From the NCBI GenBank assembly GCA_046497465.1, contig JAWOFO010000040.1, positions 26,715 to 90,714 of the forward strand: a DNA stretch of 64,000 bases, given 5' to 3'. Both the position numbers and the translations under genes were made by a program. Shown here piece after piece: positions 38,831 through 50,100 of this stretch. Every line of letters starts with the position of its first letter. Position 1 is the first letter of the stretch. The stretch is from Desulfobia sp. (GTDB lineage Bacteria; Desulfobacterota; Desulfobulbia; Desulfobulbales; SURF-16). Under the pieces are notes generated by a model. The model worked only from the letters and a program-made list of their open reading frames with translations, was not told the DNA's origin and made no database searches.

Positions 38831-39931
38831 CTATTCCGGACCAAGAATCATCCAGGAATGTTGGGCTATCCGCCCTCCTGCTTTTTCCCTGCCACTGATG
38901 ACCACCCTGGTCACCCTTTTTTTCAGAGGCATCTCATTTTCTATATAGACCAGGTTCCCTTCCATGGATGCCTGACGCCAGCCCAGGCCGGTTACATAAA
39001 CCCCCAGAGTACCGGGTACATAACGCTCCGGATAAAGCAGCCTGGCCCCGAAACAAGGAATAACCCGGGGCTGTTCCGGCTCAGGAGACGGAATCTTTTG
39101 AGTGACGGGCAGATCAACTCTTTCCAGCACCTTGCGGAAATGCTCCATGGTGGACCAATCGTCTCCCAGAATGGCATCCCTGGGTATTAAAAAGGGAGAG
39201 GTATCCCGGCTGACCGAACCGGGATCCTGGGTCAGAATGGCCTTATATCCGGAAGAACGGGCCTCTTCCAGAACAATGGAGTTATACTCTCCGTATGGAA
39301 GGGCCAGAAATTCGGACCTCTCTCCAAGCCTGGCTTCCATGGTATCGGCACCCTTCTTAAAATCCTGCCGGATCCATTGCCGATACTCTTTCTCATCCAT
39401 CCCTCCGGGACGATCTATCAGGTGGGGATGGGACCAGCTATGATTCTGGAAAGAGACGCCGCCGTCTTTCATCTCCCTTATCTCTTCCCAGCTCAGGATA
39501 TTGCCGTATTCCTGCTCTGTGGCCCTGACATAGATGAAAACAGTAAAGGGATAACCGTAGGATTTCAGGACAGGCCAGGCCTCGGTATAAGTACTCCTGT
39601 AGCCGTCATCAACCGTAATAACCACCGACTTTTCCGGAAAGTCTCCGCCCTCCTGTAAGCCGGCTACCAGCTCAGAAAGGGAAATCACATTATAGTCAGC
39701 CGACTCCAGCCAGGCCATCTGTTCCTTAAACTTTGCTACACTGACATTTGTAGTCGGATATTCGTCTTCTCCGAAACGATGGTAGATCAAAACCGTTACC
39801 CCGGAAGAAGCAGCGCCTCTGCTTTCAGATATCAGGGGCGGAAGCAGCAAGATCAAGTGGCCTAAGACAATCAGCAAGGATATAAAACCCGAAAAATTTA
39901 TCTTGTTTCTTTTTCTCAACACTGCCATCAC
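38831..39931 (-). CDS. Polysaccharide deacetylase (NodB-homology domain) with an N-terminal signal or anchor
   Basis: 366 aa. VVITVDDGYRSTYTEAWPVLKSYGYPFTVFIY (the NodB TFDDG-type motif) and SHSWSHP are present. Confidence 0.7.
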   Translation of the reverse strand: MMAVLRKRNKINFSGFISLLIVLGHLILLLPPLISESRGAASSGVTVLIYHRFGEDEYPTTNVSVAKFKEQMAWLESADYNVISLSELVAGLQEGGDFPEKSVVITVDDGYRSTYTEAWPVLKSYGYPFTVFIYVRATEQEYGNILSWEEIREMKDGGVSFQNHSWSHPHLIDRPGGMDEKEYRQWIRQDFKKGADTMEARLGERSEFLALPYGEYNSIVLEEARSSGYKAILTQDPGSVSRDTSPFLIPRDAILGDDWSTMEHFRKVLERVDLPVTQKIPSPEPEQPRVIPCFGARLLYPERYVPGTLGVYVTGLGWRQASMEGNLVYIENEMPLKKRVTRVVISGREKAGGRIAQHSWMILGPE

Positions 39932-40020
39932 CTCTGCTGTTAAAATTCAAAAAAGTTCACAAGTACGGTCACTCTTACAAAAAAGCCTTACCTGGTCTCC
40001 AAGTCCTTTCAGAAGTAAAA

Positions 40021-41988
40021 TCAAGAAAAGAGAAAAGGGGACCTGGGCGGCCTCTTCTCCCCTTTATTCCCGATCTCCCGGACTCGATTGACAAGCCGGT
40101 TAGCAAGGCGCTTTCCCCTGGCCCCGGTTCCTTTTATCAAAAAATCATTTAACTGAACATCCCGGTAGTTGCTCTTGGCCCTCCTGGAAGGCGGGAAGTA
40201 GATCCTCAACCTGTCAATATCTCCCAAAGAGAGATACTGGATAAATGACTTACTGTGTTCCGGAAAGAGCCGATACTGCTTGTCCAGGATAAACCTGGGC
40301 GCCTTGAATCTCTTTAAATAGGAATATCTTTCCTCGCCGTCCCGGTAAACCAGGTTGAAAAGCAGATCCTCTTTATAAACTCCGGCCCATAACAGGTCTT
40401 GCCCCAGAAATAACCTGGCGGCCGGACTAATTATCCTGTAAATGCCATCCTTGAAAATAATCATAACCTTGTCATATTCTGAACAGGTAAAGGTGAATTC
40501 CTCTTCACCATCCACATGATAACCAAAAAAGCCGCTATCGCGGCTGTAGGACATAGTCAGATTCGGCAGGGCAGCCTCCCGGATCTCAACCCCCTGAAAA
40601 GAACGGGTCTCTGTCCGGCGGGGATAAAGATGGCCATATTTTTCCAGGATATGGTCAATGAATTTACGGGCATATCCCACAACATCCTTCAAATCCTTTT
40701 CTATCTTCCGGAGCTTCTTTTCTATCTCGCTTATCTCTTTCTGTTTCTTATTGATATCATACCTGGAAATCCTTCTGATGTGAATCTCCAGAAGCCGGTC
40801 TATATCTTTCCTGGTAACATCTCGAATCAACCTGCCCCGAAAGGGCTTGAGAGCCTGCTCCACGGTGGAAATCACCATTTTAAGGCTTGAACATTCCTCT
40901 ATTTCTTTATAAAGACGCTCTTCTATGAATATCTGCTCCAGGATATGGGCCTGCAGATCTTCCCTAAACCTGTCCCGTTCAATGATCAACTCCTTTCTTA
41001 AGTCATCAACCAGCTTCCAGGTATTAAAACGCAAAACCTCGGAGACCGTGGTATTTTCCGGCCTGTTACCGCGGATAACCGTAAGGTTGGCGCTGATGGT
41101 GACCTCACAGTCAGTAAAGGCATACAGAGGCTTGATCATGTCCCGGGCATAGAAATTCTTAGGGAGCTTGATCTCTATTTCCACCTCTTCGGCAGTATAG
41201 TCATGCAGGGAGCCAATTTTAATCCTGCCGGTCTTCATGGCCTTTTCCAGGGATTCCATCAGGGAATGCGTGGTGGTGGAGTAAGGCACCTCTCTAATAA
41301 TGATCGTCTTGTCATCCTTTACCTCGAGGTTGGCCCGGCACCTGACCCGGCCATTGCCGTCCTGGTAATCAGACACGTCCACAATCCCTCCCTGGGGAAA
41401 ATCAGGGTAGATTTGAAAATCTTCGTCGTTCAAAATTTTTTTCTGGGCCTTCAGCAGTTCGCAGAAGTTATGGGGAAGTATCCGGGTGGCCATACCAACC
41501 GCAATCCCCTCTACTCCCTGGAGAAGAAGAAACGGCAGCTTGGCCGGCAGGCACACCGGTTCCTGCAGCCTGCCATCATATGAGGCCACATATTGCGTGA
41601 GATCCCGTTTAAGCAGGGTCTCCCTGGCCAAAGGAGAGAGGCGGCATTCGATATACCTGGCAGCGGAGGCATTATCCCCGGTGAAGATATTACCAAAATT
41701 CCCTTGGCGGTCGATGAGATACCCTTTGTTAGCCAGATTAACCAGGGCGTTGAAGATGGACTGATCTCCATGGGGATGAAGTTTCATGGTCTCACCCACC
41801 ACATTGGCCACTTTGTGAAAGCGTCCGTCATCCATATTGGCCAGAGTCTGGACAATCCTCCTCTGCACCGGTTTCAGGCCATCGACAATATCCGGTATGG
41901 CCCTTTCCCTGATCACATAGGAGGTGTAACTCAGAAAATTATTGTCAAAAAGCCTTTCCAGTTCTCCGTAATCTGTATCCATATTCAC
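40021..41988 (-). CDS. parC: Type IIA topoisomerase subunit A (topoisomerase IV ParC-like, short form)
   Basis: 655 aa. Contains DGLKPVQRRI, HPHGDQSI and the catalytic-Tyr region SAARYIECRL. Confidence 0.85.
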   Translation of the reverse strand: MNMDTDYGELERLFDNNFLSYTSYVIRERAIPDIVDGLKPVQRRIVQTLANMDDGRFHKVANVVGETMKLHPHGDQSIFNALVNLANKGYLIDRQGNFGNIFTGDNASAARYIECRLSPLARETLLKRDLTQYVASYDGRLQEPVCLPAKLPFLLLQGVEGIAVGMATRILPHNFCELLKAQKKILNDEDFQIYPDFPQGGIVDVSDYQDGNGRVRCRANLEVKDDKTIIIREVPYSTTTHSLMESLEKAMKTGRIKIGSLHDYTAEEVEIEIKLPKNFYARDMIKPLYAFTDCEVTISANLTVIRGNRPENTTVSEVLRFNTWKLVDDLRKELIIERDRFREDLQAHILEQIFIEERLYKEIEECSSLKMVISTVEQALKPFRGRLIRDVTRKDIDRLLEIHIRRISRYDINKKQKEISEIEKKLRKIEKDLKDVVGYARKFIDHILEKYGHLYPRRTETRSFQGVEIREAALPNLTMSYSRDSGFFGYHVDGEEEFTFTCSEYDKVMIIFKDGIYRIISPAARLFLGQDLLWAGVYKEDLLFNLVYRDGEERYSYLKRFKAPRFILDKQYRLFPEHSKSFIQYLSLGDIDRLRIYFPPSRRAKSNYRDVQLNDFLIKGTGARGKRLANRLVNRVREIGNKGEKRPPRSPFLFS

Positions 41989-42009
41989 GGCTCAGGGTTC
42001 AGGTTAAAT

Positions 42010-43848
42010 TCACAGTTCATAATTCGAAACCAGGTGTTCCATAATGTAATACTTCCGGTCCGGAGTATTCTTGCCCATATAAAAACTCAAAAGCCTGGTT
42101 ACTTCACCAAGACGGTCTATATTTACCTGGCTCAACCTCATATCATTACTGATAAACTGTTTGAACTCAACAGGGGATATCTCCCCCAGGCCCTTGAAAC
42201 GGGTGACCTCTACCTTGCTTGTCCCCCGGCCCTTATCTCGCAGCCTTTTCTCTTCAATCTCTCTTTCAGCAGGAGTATAACAATAGACAGTTTCCTGTTT
42301 ATTTCTGACCCGGTAAATAGGGGTTTCCAATATAAAGATATGACCGCGTTTTACCAGATTCTCAAAATAGTGGAGAAAAAAAGTTAACAAAAGATTCCTG
42401 ATATGGAGACCGTCAACATCGGCATCAGTGGCCAGAATAATACGGTCATAACGCAACCCGCCCGATGATTGCTCAATATTAAGGGCCTTCATCAGGTTAT
42501 ACATCTCTTCATTCTTGTAGAGTAGGGCCAAATCCTGGCCATAGACGTTCATAGGCTTGCCCTTAAGAGAAAAAACCGCCTGATACCTGGAATCCCGGGC
42601 ACTGACAATGGAACCGGAAGCGGACTGACCTTCGGTTATAAAGATCATATTCTCCTGACCCGGTTTGGAAGGCCTGGACCTGGAAGAATGATACTTACAG
42701 TCTTTAAGCTGGGGAACACGCACTGCCACCTTTTTGGCCCTGGTTCTGGCCTCCCGGCGTACAGACTGCAGCTCCCGGCGCACTTTGGCATTACGCTGGA
42801 CCTTATTTATGATCAGTTCTGCCTTATCACTTTCCTTGTAGAGATAATCACGGACAAATTCCTTTATCCGGCTGACGATTTTACCTCTTATTTCAGTATT
42901 ACCCAGCTTATTCTTGGTCTGAGATTCAAAAACAGGATCCTTTAACTTGACCGCTACTGCTCCTACTATTCCTTCCCGGACGTCAGGGCCGGAAAATTTC
43001 TTGCCGCAGAACTCGTTTACTCCCTTGAGTATTCCCTCCCGGAAGGCGGATAGATGAGTACCGCCCTCATTGGTATAAGTCCCATTGACAAACGAGAAAT
43101 AGTTTTCACCGTAACCATCAGTATGACAGAAGGTGCATTCCAGAAAATCGTCTTTCAAGTAAAAGGGGGTATAGAGCTTCCCTTCCCCGATTTCATTGGT
43201 CAGGAGATCAAGCAGGCCATTGGCGGAATATATTCGTTCATCTTCCAGATAAAGACTGAGACCGGCGTTGAGATAGGCATAGCGCCACAATCTCTTGCGG
43301 ATAAAATCAGGATCAAAAGAAAAATCAGGGAACATGGCCCGGTCCGGGGTAAACTCAATCAAGACCCCGTTTTTTTCCTCCAACGTCCCTTGCTCACTGT
43401 CTTGCAAACGCCCCTGTTCAAAATATGCCCGGTTAAAAAAACCGTCCCGGAAAGAAGTAACCACGAACTTCTCAGAAAGGGCGTTAACCGCTTTGCTCCC
43501 TACACCGTTCAAGCCCACGGAAAACTGAAAAACTTCGGTATTGTACTTGGCACCGGTATTGATAACCGAAACACAGTCCGCCAGCTTGCCCAGGGGGATT
43601 CCCCGTCCGTAATCCCGAACCCTGACCTTACCATCTCCAATCAGGGAAATATCTATCCTCTTGCCGGCTCCCATGATAAATTCATCCACGGCATTGTCGA
43701 TAACCTCCTTAAGCATAATATAGATGCCGTCATCAGGATGAGAACCGTTGCCGAGACGACCGATATACATCCCGGGCCTCAAGCGGATATGTTCAAGAGA
43801 ACTCAGGGTCTTGATTTTTGATTCATTATAGACAGATTCATCTTTCAT
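42010..43848 (-). CDS. parE: Type IIA topoisomerase subunit B (topoisomerase IV ParE-like)
   Basis: 612 aa. It has GHKL ATPase motifs (EVIDNAVDE, GLNGVGSKAVNALS) and a Toprim region (FITEGQSASGS, LATDADVDGLHI). Confidence 0.9.
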   Translation of the reverse strand: MKDESVYNESKIKTLSSLEHIRLRPGMYIGRLGNGSHPDDGIYIMLKEVIDNAVDEFIMGAGKRIDISLIGDGKVRVRDYGRGIPLGKLADCVSVINTGAKYNTEVFQFSVGLNGVGSKAVNALSEKFVVTSFRDGFFNRAYFEQGRLQDSEQGTLEEKNGVLIEFTPDRAMFPDFSFDPDFIRKRLWRYAYLNAGLSLYLEDERIYSANGLLDLLTNEIGEGKLYTPFYLKDDFLECTFCHTDGYGENYFSFVNGTYTNEGGTHLSAFREGILKGVNEFCGKKFSGPDVREGIVGAVAVKLKDPVFESQTKNKLGNTEIRGKIVSRIKEFVRDYLYKESDKAELIINKVQRNAKVRRELQSVRREARTRAKKVAVRVPQLKDCKYHSSRSRPSKPGQENMIFITEGQSASGSIVSARDSRYQAVFSLKGKPMNVYGQDLALLYKNEEMYNLMKALNIEQSSGGLRYDRIILATDADVDGLHIRNLLLTFFLHYFENLVKRGHIFILETPIYRVRNKQETVYCYTPAEREIEEKRLRDKGRGTSKVEVTRFKGLGEISPVEFKQFISNDMRLSQVNIDRLGEVTRLLSFYMGKNTPDRKYYIMEHLVSNYEL

Positions 43849-44030
43849 ATAACTTACTTAACTTCTCAATTAACTCTGACAACCTCCTGAGATCATACCT
43901 GAAGTTGCTTCCAACCGCACTTTCGGTACTCCATGACGATTTGCGATACCCATGCCTGATTAGAAAGCTCGCTGAATCTTTACTCCATGTCCCTAATATG
44001 TTAACTTATTATAGCTGCCTGCTTCGACTA

Positions 44031-44097
44031 ATCCGCAATTATTATACGGATATCCTTGCCTGACAAGACCAGATAATATATCACATCATAATGACAT
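44031..44097 (+). repeat. Direct repeat X (~67 bp), left flank of the GAF-cyclase pseudogene
   Basis: ATCCGCAATTATTATACGGATATCCTTGCCTGACAAGACCAGATAATATATCACATCATAATGACAT matches 45244-45310 at roughly 88% by eye. Confidence 0.75.
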
Positions 44098-44137
44098 TTA
44101 CATTAAACTTTGCCTTATTTTAAGCTATACAATTATT

Positions 44138-44952
44138 ATGAACCCGGAACTGGAAAATAAATATTTACGTGATCTGATCCAGCTTCAGAAAAGAATTGGT
44201 ACTAAAAAAAATATTGACCAGCTTTTACCCTTACTGGGTAACGAAATCTCTTCTTTTTTACAAGCCGAAAGAACTACCGTTTTTTTGCTTGATTGGGACA
44301 GGATGGAATTGAAGACAAAATTTGCCCAATCATTGGAAAACAAAAAAATTGATATCAAACTGAAAATCGGACTTGTCGGCCTCTGTCTGCTGACCAGAAA
44401 AATAATCAACATTTCCAACGCCTATAACGATCCACGCTTTAATCCTGAATTTGATAATATTACCGATTTCAGAACAGAAAGCCTTCTGATTGTTCCCATA
44501 AAAGATGAAAAAATGTCTTAAAGCGGCATCCCGCCTCCTGGAATATGACTTTTTGAACTCCCTGGAGGAAAATGACCTGAATGAGATTATCAGGGAAATC
44601 CGGGAGACAGTCTATTGCGAAAGGGGATCTTTGTTATATATAGACAGGGATAAAGGAATGATTTATCCCAGAATAACTGAAGGAATGAATGCCGTCCCCC
44701 TGCAGTTAAATCTGAATCTCGGGATAGCCGGGCTCGTGGCTTTAAAGGGAGAAATATTGTAAAACATACAGTAAGGCCTTTGAATTATACCTTGCAAAGG
44801 ATTTTAACTCGGCTTATGAGGGTTTTGGCAAGGCCTTGTCTATCAAGGCCAATGACCCCGCCTCTCTTGAAATGCGCCGCCGTCTCGAAAATCTCGATCC
44901 AGACAAGCTGCCCGCTGACTGGGATGGCTCCATCCGTCTGACCAGTAAATAA
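44138..44952 (+). pseudogene. Decayed GAF-GAF-adenylate/guanylate cyclase gene (frameshifts plus internal deletions, catalytic domain missing)
   Basis: Three pieces lie in three different frames. GAF1 (44138-44521) reads ...AERTTVFLLDWD...ISNAYNDPRFNPEFDNITDFRTESLLIVPIKDEK and is truncated. GAF2 (44505-44762) reads ERGSLLYIDRDKG...GIAGLVALKGEIL and is truncated. The final piece (44761-44952) is a tail resembling class III cyclase C-termini: AFELYLAKDFNSAYEGFGKALSIKANDPASLEMRRRLENL...DWDGSIRLTSK. Confidence 0.65.
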
Positions 44953-45243
44953 TAATTTACTTCCGACCGCATCTTCAATATCTTATCATCTTATCCCGAT
45001 GCCTTACAGTGATTGCTGTTCTACATTTAAACTGAACCAGTACCCCCCCCTGCTTCTTAAAGCGGCCAAGCCGGAAACTATCAGCTTATAACAAGTGGCG
45101 ATCTGATTTTTAACAAACCAGCATGGCTGGACCAGGCAGGCCAGTCACAACGAATAATGAAAATCTGGAGCTTCGGCATGGCAAATCAGTGCCCTGTTCG
45201 ATTTTCGGATAAAAGGTGCTAATTCAAACAACAAATACCCTTG

Positions 45244-45310
45244 ATTCGTAATTATTATAAGGATATCCTTGACTGACAGGACCAAATAATATATCACATC
45301 ACAATGATAT
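45244..45310 (+). repeat. Direct repeat Y (~67 bp), immediately upstream of pepF
   Basis: ATTCGTAATTATTATAAGGATATCCTTGACTGACAGGACCAAATAATATATCACATCACAATGATAT. It contains TTGACT (45269-74) with TATCAC 17 nt downstream, a possible sigma70-type promoter. Confidence 0.75.
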
Positions 45311-45385
45311 TAAATGAAGTTCTTGAGGCAGGCAACAGGATTAAATTGTTGCCGCCCCAAACTGAAAACCGGAAAACAAAAAATA

Positions 45386-47152
45386 ATGAATAAACAACTG
45401 GAAACCGACAGTATCATCTGGAATCTGGCTGATCTTTACCAGGGAACGAATGACCCGGTGATCGATAACGAGATTAAATCTCTGGCCAAAGAGGCCGAGG
45501 ATATCCGCAGCTCTTATGAAGGGCGGGTAAATGAACTGGGGCCAGAAGAGTTGAACAACCTGGTCTCGCGTCTGGAAAATCTTGCCGCCGGGCTGACCAG
45601 AATATCCACCTTTGCCTTCCTGAACTTCTCTACCCAAACAGGTAATCCGGAGGCCGGGGCCTTTCTTCAAAAAATAGAAGAGGCGGCGAGCCAAATCAGT
45701 ACAAAAACCGTTTTCTTTGAACTGGAATGGAACAAGATTAAGCAGAAAAATGCCGAACAGTTGTTCCAGGCCGAAGAACTTCAACACTACCGGCATTATT
45801 TGGAAAAGCTCCGGGCCTATGCCGACCATATGCTTTCCCGGGCAGAAGAAACCCTGCTCCTGGAGATTGCTCCAGTGGGAGCTTCCAGTTGGACCAAACT
45901 CTTCGAAAAAATATTGGGGCACATTAAGTTCGGTGAAAAGGGACGCAGCGAGGAAGAAGTGCTGGCCGATCTCCACAGTGCCGATCATGAAGTAAGAAAA
46001 CAGGCCGCCGCTGAAATGACCGAAGGGCTCAAGGGACAGTTCCACGTACTCACCCATATCTTCAATACCATCCTGGCGGATAAGATGATCTCCGACCGCC
46101 TGCGCTCTTATCCTTCCTGGATAAGAGCAATGAATATTCATAACGAAGTCAGGGAAAGCACGGTGGAGACCCTAACTGCTGCCGTAACCGGCAGATATGA
46201 CCTGGTTCAACGCTATTATCATCTCAAAAAAAAGCTTACAGGAATCAAGGAACTCAAGGATTACGACCGTTACGCCCCACTGCCCAATCTCCCGGACAAC
46301 CTGATTTCCTGGCCGGAATGCAAGGATATGATAATTACCAGTTTCAGGCGCTTTTCCCCGAAAATGGCTGAAATTGCCTCCCTCTTTTTTGACCGTAACT
46401 GGATACACGCTCCTGTCCAGGAGGGTAAAAAAGGAGGGGCCTTTGCACACCCGTGTGTACCTGATGTCCATCCCTACGTCATGGTCAACTACTCCGGCAG
46501 CCTGAGAGATGTCTCCACAGTAGCCCACGAACTGGGGCATGGAGTCCACCAGTATCTGGCTGCCTCCCGGGGCCATTTCAACAGCGATACCCCGCTGGTA
46601 CTGGCAGAGACCGCCTCGGTCTTTGCCGAACTTATTGTCTTCCATGATCAGTTAGCCCGGATTTCCGGTAAAGAAAAAAAGCGGGCCTTTATCTGTCAGA
46701 AATTGGAATCCATCTTTGCTACTGTTTTCCGCCAAATCTCCATGAACCGCTTTGAAGATCTGATCCACCACAGAAGGAGAGAGGCCGGAGAACTTTCCGA
46801 GGAAGCCTTTGGTGAATTATGGCTGGAAAGCCAGAAGGAGATGTTTGGTGATTCACTGACCCTGACCAGCGACTACAGGGTCTGGTGGTCATACATCCCC
46901 CACTTCCTGCAGGCCCCGGGCTATGTCTATTCTTACGCCTTCGGGGAGCTACTGGTCCTCTCCCTTTACAAGATCTACCAAGAGGAAGGAACTCCTTTTA
47001 TTGAGAAATATATCCATCTTCTCAAACAGGGCGGAAGCCGTTCTCCCTATGAACTTGTAACGCCTTTCGGGATCGATCTGGATGAGCCTGCTTTCTGGCA
47101 GGGCGGACTTGCGGTTATAGACGACTTACTAAAAAAAATTGAAAAAGAATAA
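45386..47152 (+). CDS. pepF: Oligoendopeptidase F (M3B family)
   Basis: The ORF track starts at 45314, and the ATG at 45386 gives MNKQLETDSIIWNLADLY, a typical PepF N-terminus. The zinc motif HELGHGVH is present. Confidence 0.9.
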   Translation: MNKQLETDSIIWNLADLYQGTNDPVIDNEIKSLAKEAEDIRSSYEGRVNELGPEELNNLVSRLENLAAGLTRISTFAFLNFSTQTGNPEAGAFLQKIEEAASQISTKTVFFELEWNKIKQKNAEQLFQAEELQHYRHYLEKLRAYADHMLSRAEETLLLEIAPVGASSWTKLFEKILGHIKFGEKGRSEEEVLADLHSADHEVRKQAAAEMTEGLKGQFHVLTHIFNTILADKMISDRLRSYPSWIRAMNIHNEVRESTVETLTAAVTGRYDLVQRYYHLKKKLTGIKELKDYDRYAPLPNLPDNLISWPECKDMIITSFRRFSPKMAEIASLFFDRNWIHAPVQEGKKGGAFAHPCVPDVHPYVMVNYSGSLRDVSTVAHELGHGVHQYLAASRGHFNSDTPLVLAETASVFAELIVFHDQLARISGKEKKRAFICQKLESIFATVFRQISMNRFEDLIHHRRREAGELSEEAFGELWLESQKEMFGDSLTLTSDYRVWWSYIPHFLQAPGYVYSYAFGELLVLSLYKIYQEEGTPFIEKYIHLLKQGGSRSPYELVTPFGIDLDEPAFWQGGLAVIDDLLKKIEKE

Positions 47153-47163
47153 TTAGTTAAGAG

Positions 47164-50100
47164 ATGAAAAAGCATCATCTCCTTCTTCCAGTCCTTTTAA
47201 CAGGCCTGCTGCTCATCATCATCATCATCATGGTCGGTATCCCTTACCTTGTCAGCAAAGATTCCACAAGGCAGGCGGTTACTGAGAAAATTAAAAAGAC
47301 ATACAATATTAAACTTAAGACGGACAATCTGCAATGGAGCTGGCTGCCCGTCCCTCATCTGGAAAGTTACGGCTCAAGACTTACCTATCAACAGGGCCTT
47401 ACCTGTAATCTCCACCAATTAAAGGTATACCCGGACTGGAAGAGTATATTTTCAGGCAGAATTCAAGCCCGGCGTATCGAGATCCAGCAGCCCCATTTTA
47501 TTATCAAACCAACCCTGTTCAGGCAGGGTTTACCTGAAATACCCCGGCTGCCGGTTACAGATATCATAATGCAAAAGGCGTCGCTACGCCTTGATTCTCC
47601 GGTAGTAAATAATTTTCCCGCACTTACCCTTGATCTCAGCCGGGGCGAGTTTAAGCTGAAACATTCGGTGGCAAGACTCTACCTGAGCATCGAAGCTGTA
47701 ACCTCCTGTTCTGAAAAAGTATTCCTTAAAGGCTGGTACAACCCTTTAACCAGACACTACTCAGTCTCAGCCAGTCTCAAAAATTTTCATCTCCACAAGC
47801 TGATTAGTTTCAGCTCCGGACCTTTTTCACCGCTGGCTTCAGAAGTGGATATGGAATGGTCCTGCAGCGGGGCCTTGGGATCCGGTTTTGAGGTATCCTT
47901 CAGAGGCAACCTCCCGGCCTTTACTCTCCGGCGCGGCGAAGAACAGTCCCCTCCTGATACCAGACAGACAGGCATCCGCTTCCGGAAAGCAGATTTTGAC
48001 TTCAAAAAAAACCGGCAGGGGATCTTCTTCAAGGCCCGTGATATCTCCCTGGCAAAACCGGTTCTCTCTCTTGCCGGAAGAGTAAACCGGCTGACAGCAG
48101 AGAAAAAACCTGTTTACCAGCTTGATCTCAGGGGCCGGAAAATAGACCTGAAAGGAGTCCGCCGGAGTCTTTTAAATATGCTGGATGACAATAAAATTAC
48201 CCGGCAGGTCTGTGATATTGTCCGGGGAGGCAAAGCAGCTGAAGCAACCTATAAATTCAAGGGTCCGGCTTCAGATTTTAAGAATCTGGAAAACATGCGG
48301 ATTAGCGTGGATGTGGATACCTCTGAAATCCGGGTCCCCGGTACCAATCTGGATCTTGACCAGACAAAAGGTCCCATTCTTATTGAAAACGGTGAACTGA
48401 CCGGGGAGGGACTTGAGACCAGCCTGGGCAACAGTTCAGGCAGTAACGCCCGCCTGGCCCTGGGACTTACTCCTGATAACGATCTATTTAAGCTGGAAAT
48501 AGACCTTGATGCCGACATTGCCGAACTGCCGGATATCCTCCACCATCTTATAGAAAAACAACTCTTCCGGCAGGAGGTCAAGAAATTCAAGGGCCGGGGC
48601 CAGGCCAGGGCACATCTGTCCATAGGAAACAGTCTTACAGATTTTCAGACCAGGGTTGACCTGAAAGACGGTACCGGTGCAACTATCAATTATGACCGCC
48701 TCGATCAGCCAATTACTTTTAAAAACGGCTTGATAAAAGTGGTAAACCAGGAAATAAAAGTAAGGGACTGCACCATACAAATCGGCCACCACCACTTCTC
48801 GGATATCTCCGGCGCGGTATTCTGGACGAATGGAAAACCCCGTATGGATATCGGCAAACTGGAAGCCGAAATCGATGCAACCGATTTTCTGAACTATCTC
48901 AGGCGGTATTCAAAGATAAAAAATACCATTGACCCTCATCTGGAATCTATTGAAGGCAGGGTAGGTATAACAGGCTCAAAGCTGTCCGGTCCCTTTGCCA
49001 GTCCTGAAAAATGGGATTACCTGCTCAATCTCCAGCTGAAAGACACAGGAATTGTCACCCCCCATCTGGCAGGCAGGGTAGATATAAAAAAGGCCCGGGT
49101 CCAACTTAAAAAGGATCAAATAACCCTTGACAATACCGATCTGATCTACCGGCAGAGCCCGATTTCCATGAAAGCCAGGCTTAACCATGAACTGTTTGAA
49201 AAGTGGCAAGGCTATCTGGAGTTGTCGGGGACCCTTGAGCCCCTATTGGCCGAATGGTTAAAGGATAAAAAAGGACTGCCGCCATCCCTTCTGCCCCTTA
49301 CTCCCTGTCAATTTGATAATTTCAGGATAAACCTGGAACCTGATAAGCTGGGACTCAAAGGCGCGATATCCAGAGAAGATCGGAACAAAGAGATTGTCCG
49401 GATGGATATGGAACTGGAGAAAAAAAAATCTGATATTAAAAAATTATATATACAGTACACAACTGCCACTGATAGGGCCGCCTTTAATTTACAGAAACAT
49501 CCTGACCAGGGCAGAATATCTCTGAGCTGGCAAGGGAGCCTGCAGGCAGATACCCTGACAGCCCTATTTAAAAAGCCGCCATTTACAAAAGCCGGCCTGC
49601 AGGGTGATTTTCAGGCTGTCTTCTCTCCTGAAACCGGAAATGTCGAGGCCGAGGGTTACCTGAAGATCAGGAATCTCCAATGGCGCAGCTATCTCCCCGG
49701 AACTATAATCAAAAAATTAACAATTAAAGGTAAAGGGCCGCTTATCAAAATAGAAGACTTGGATTTCGATTACCATGGGGAAGAAGCTGAAATCAACGGA
49801 ACCATCGATACCAGGGACAGGCAGCCAGTAATAAGTCTATTTCTCTCTTCGGATTTCCTCTCCCGGAAAAATATTGCCGAATTTGCAGAAGAAGCCCTAC
49901 CCTTGTGGGAAAAGGCCTCGAGAATTTTCAGCCAGGGGGGAAGCGAAGTAAAGCCGAGCTATAAAATATACCTGAACTGCGAAACTTTCCTGTTTTCAGC
50001 CCCGGAAAATAAAAAAGGCTGGGAGGGAGACTTAAGACTAACCCCTTTAAAGGGCCGTATCCATAGCGATGAGCAGGATATCGAACTCAATCTCCAGGAT

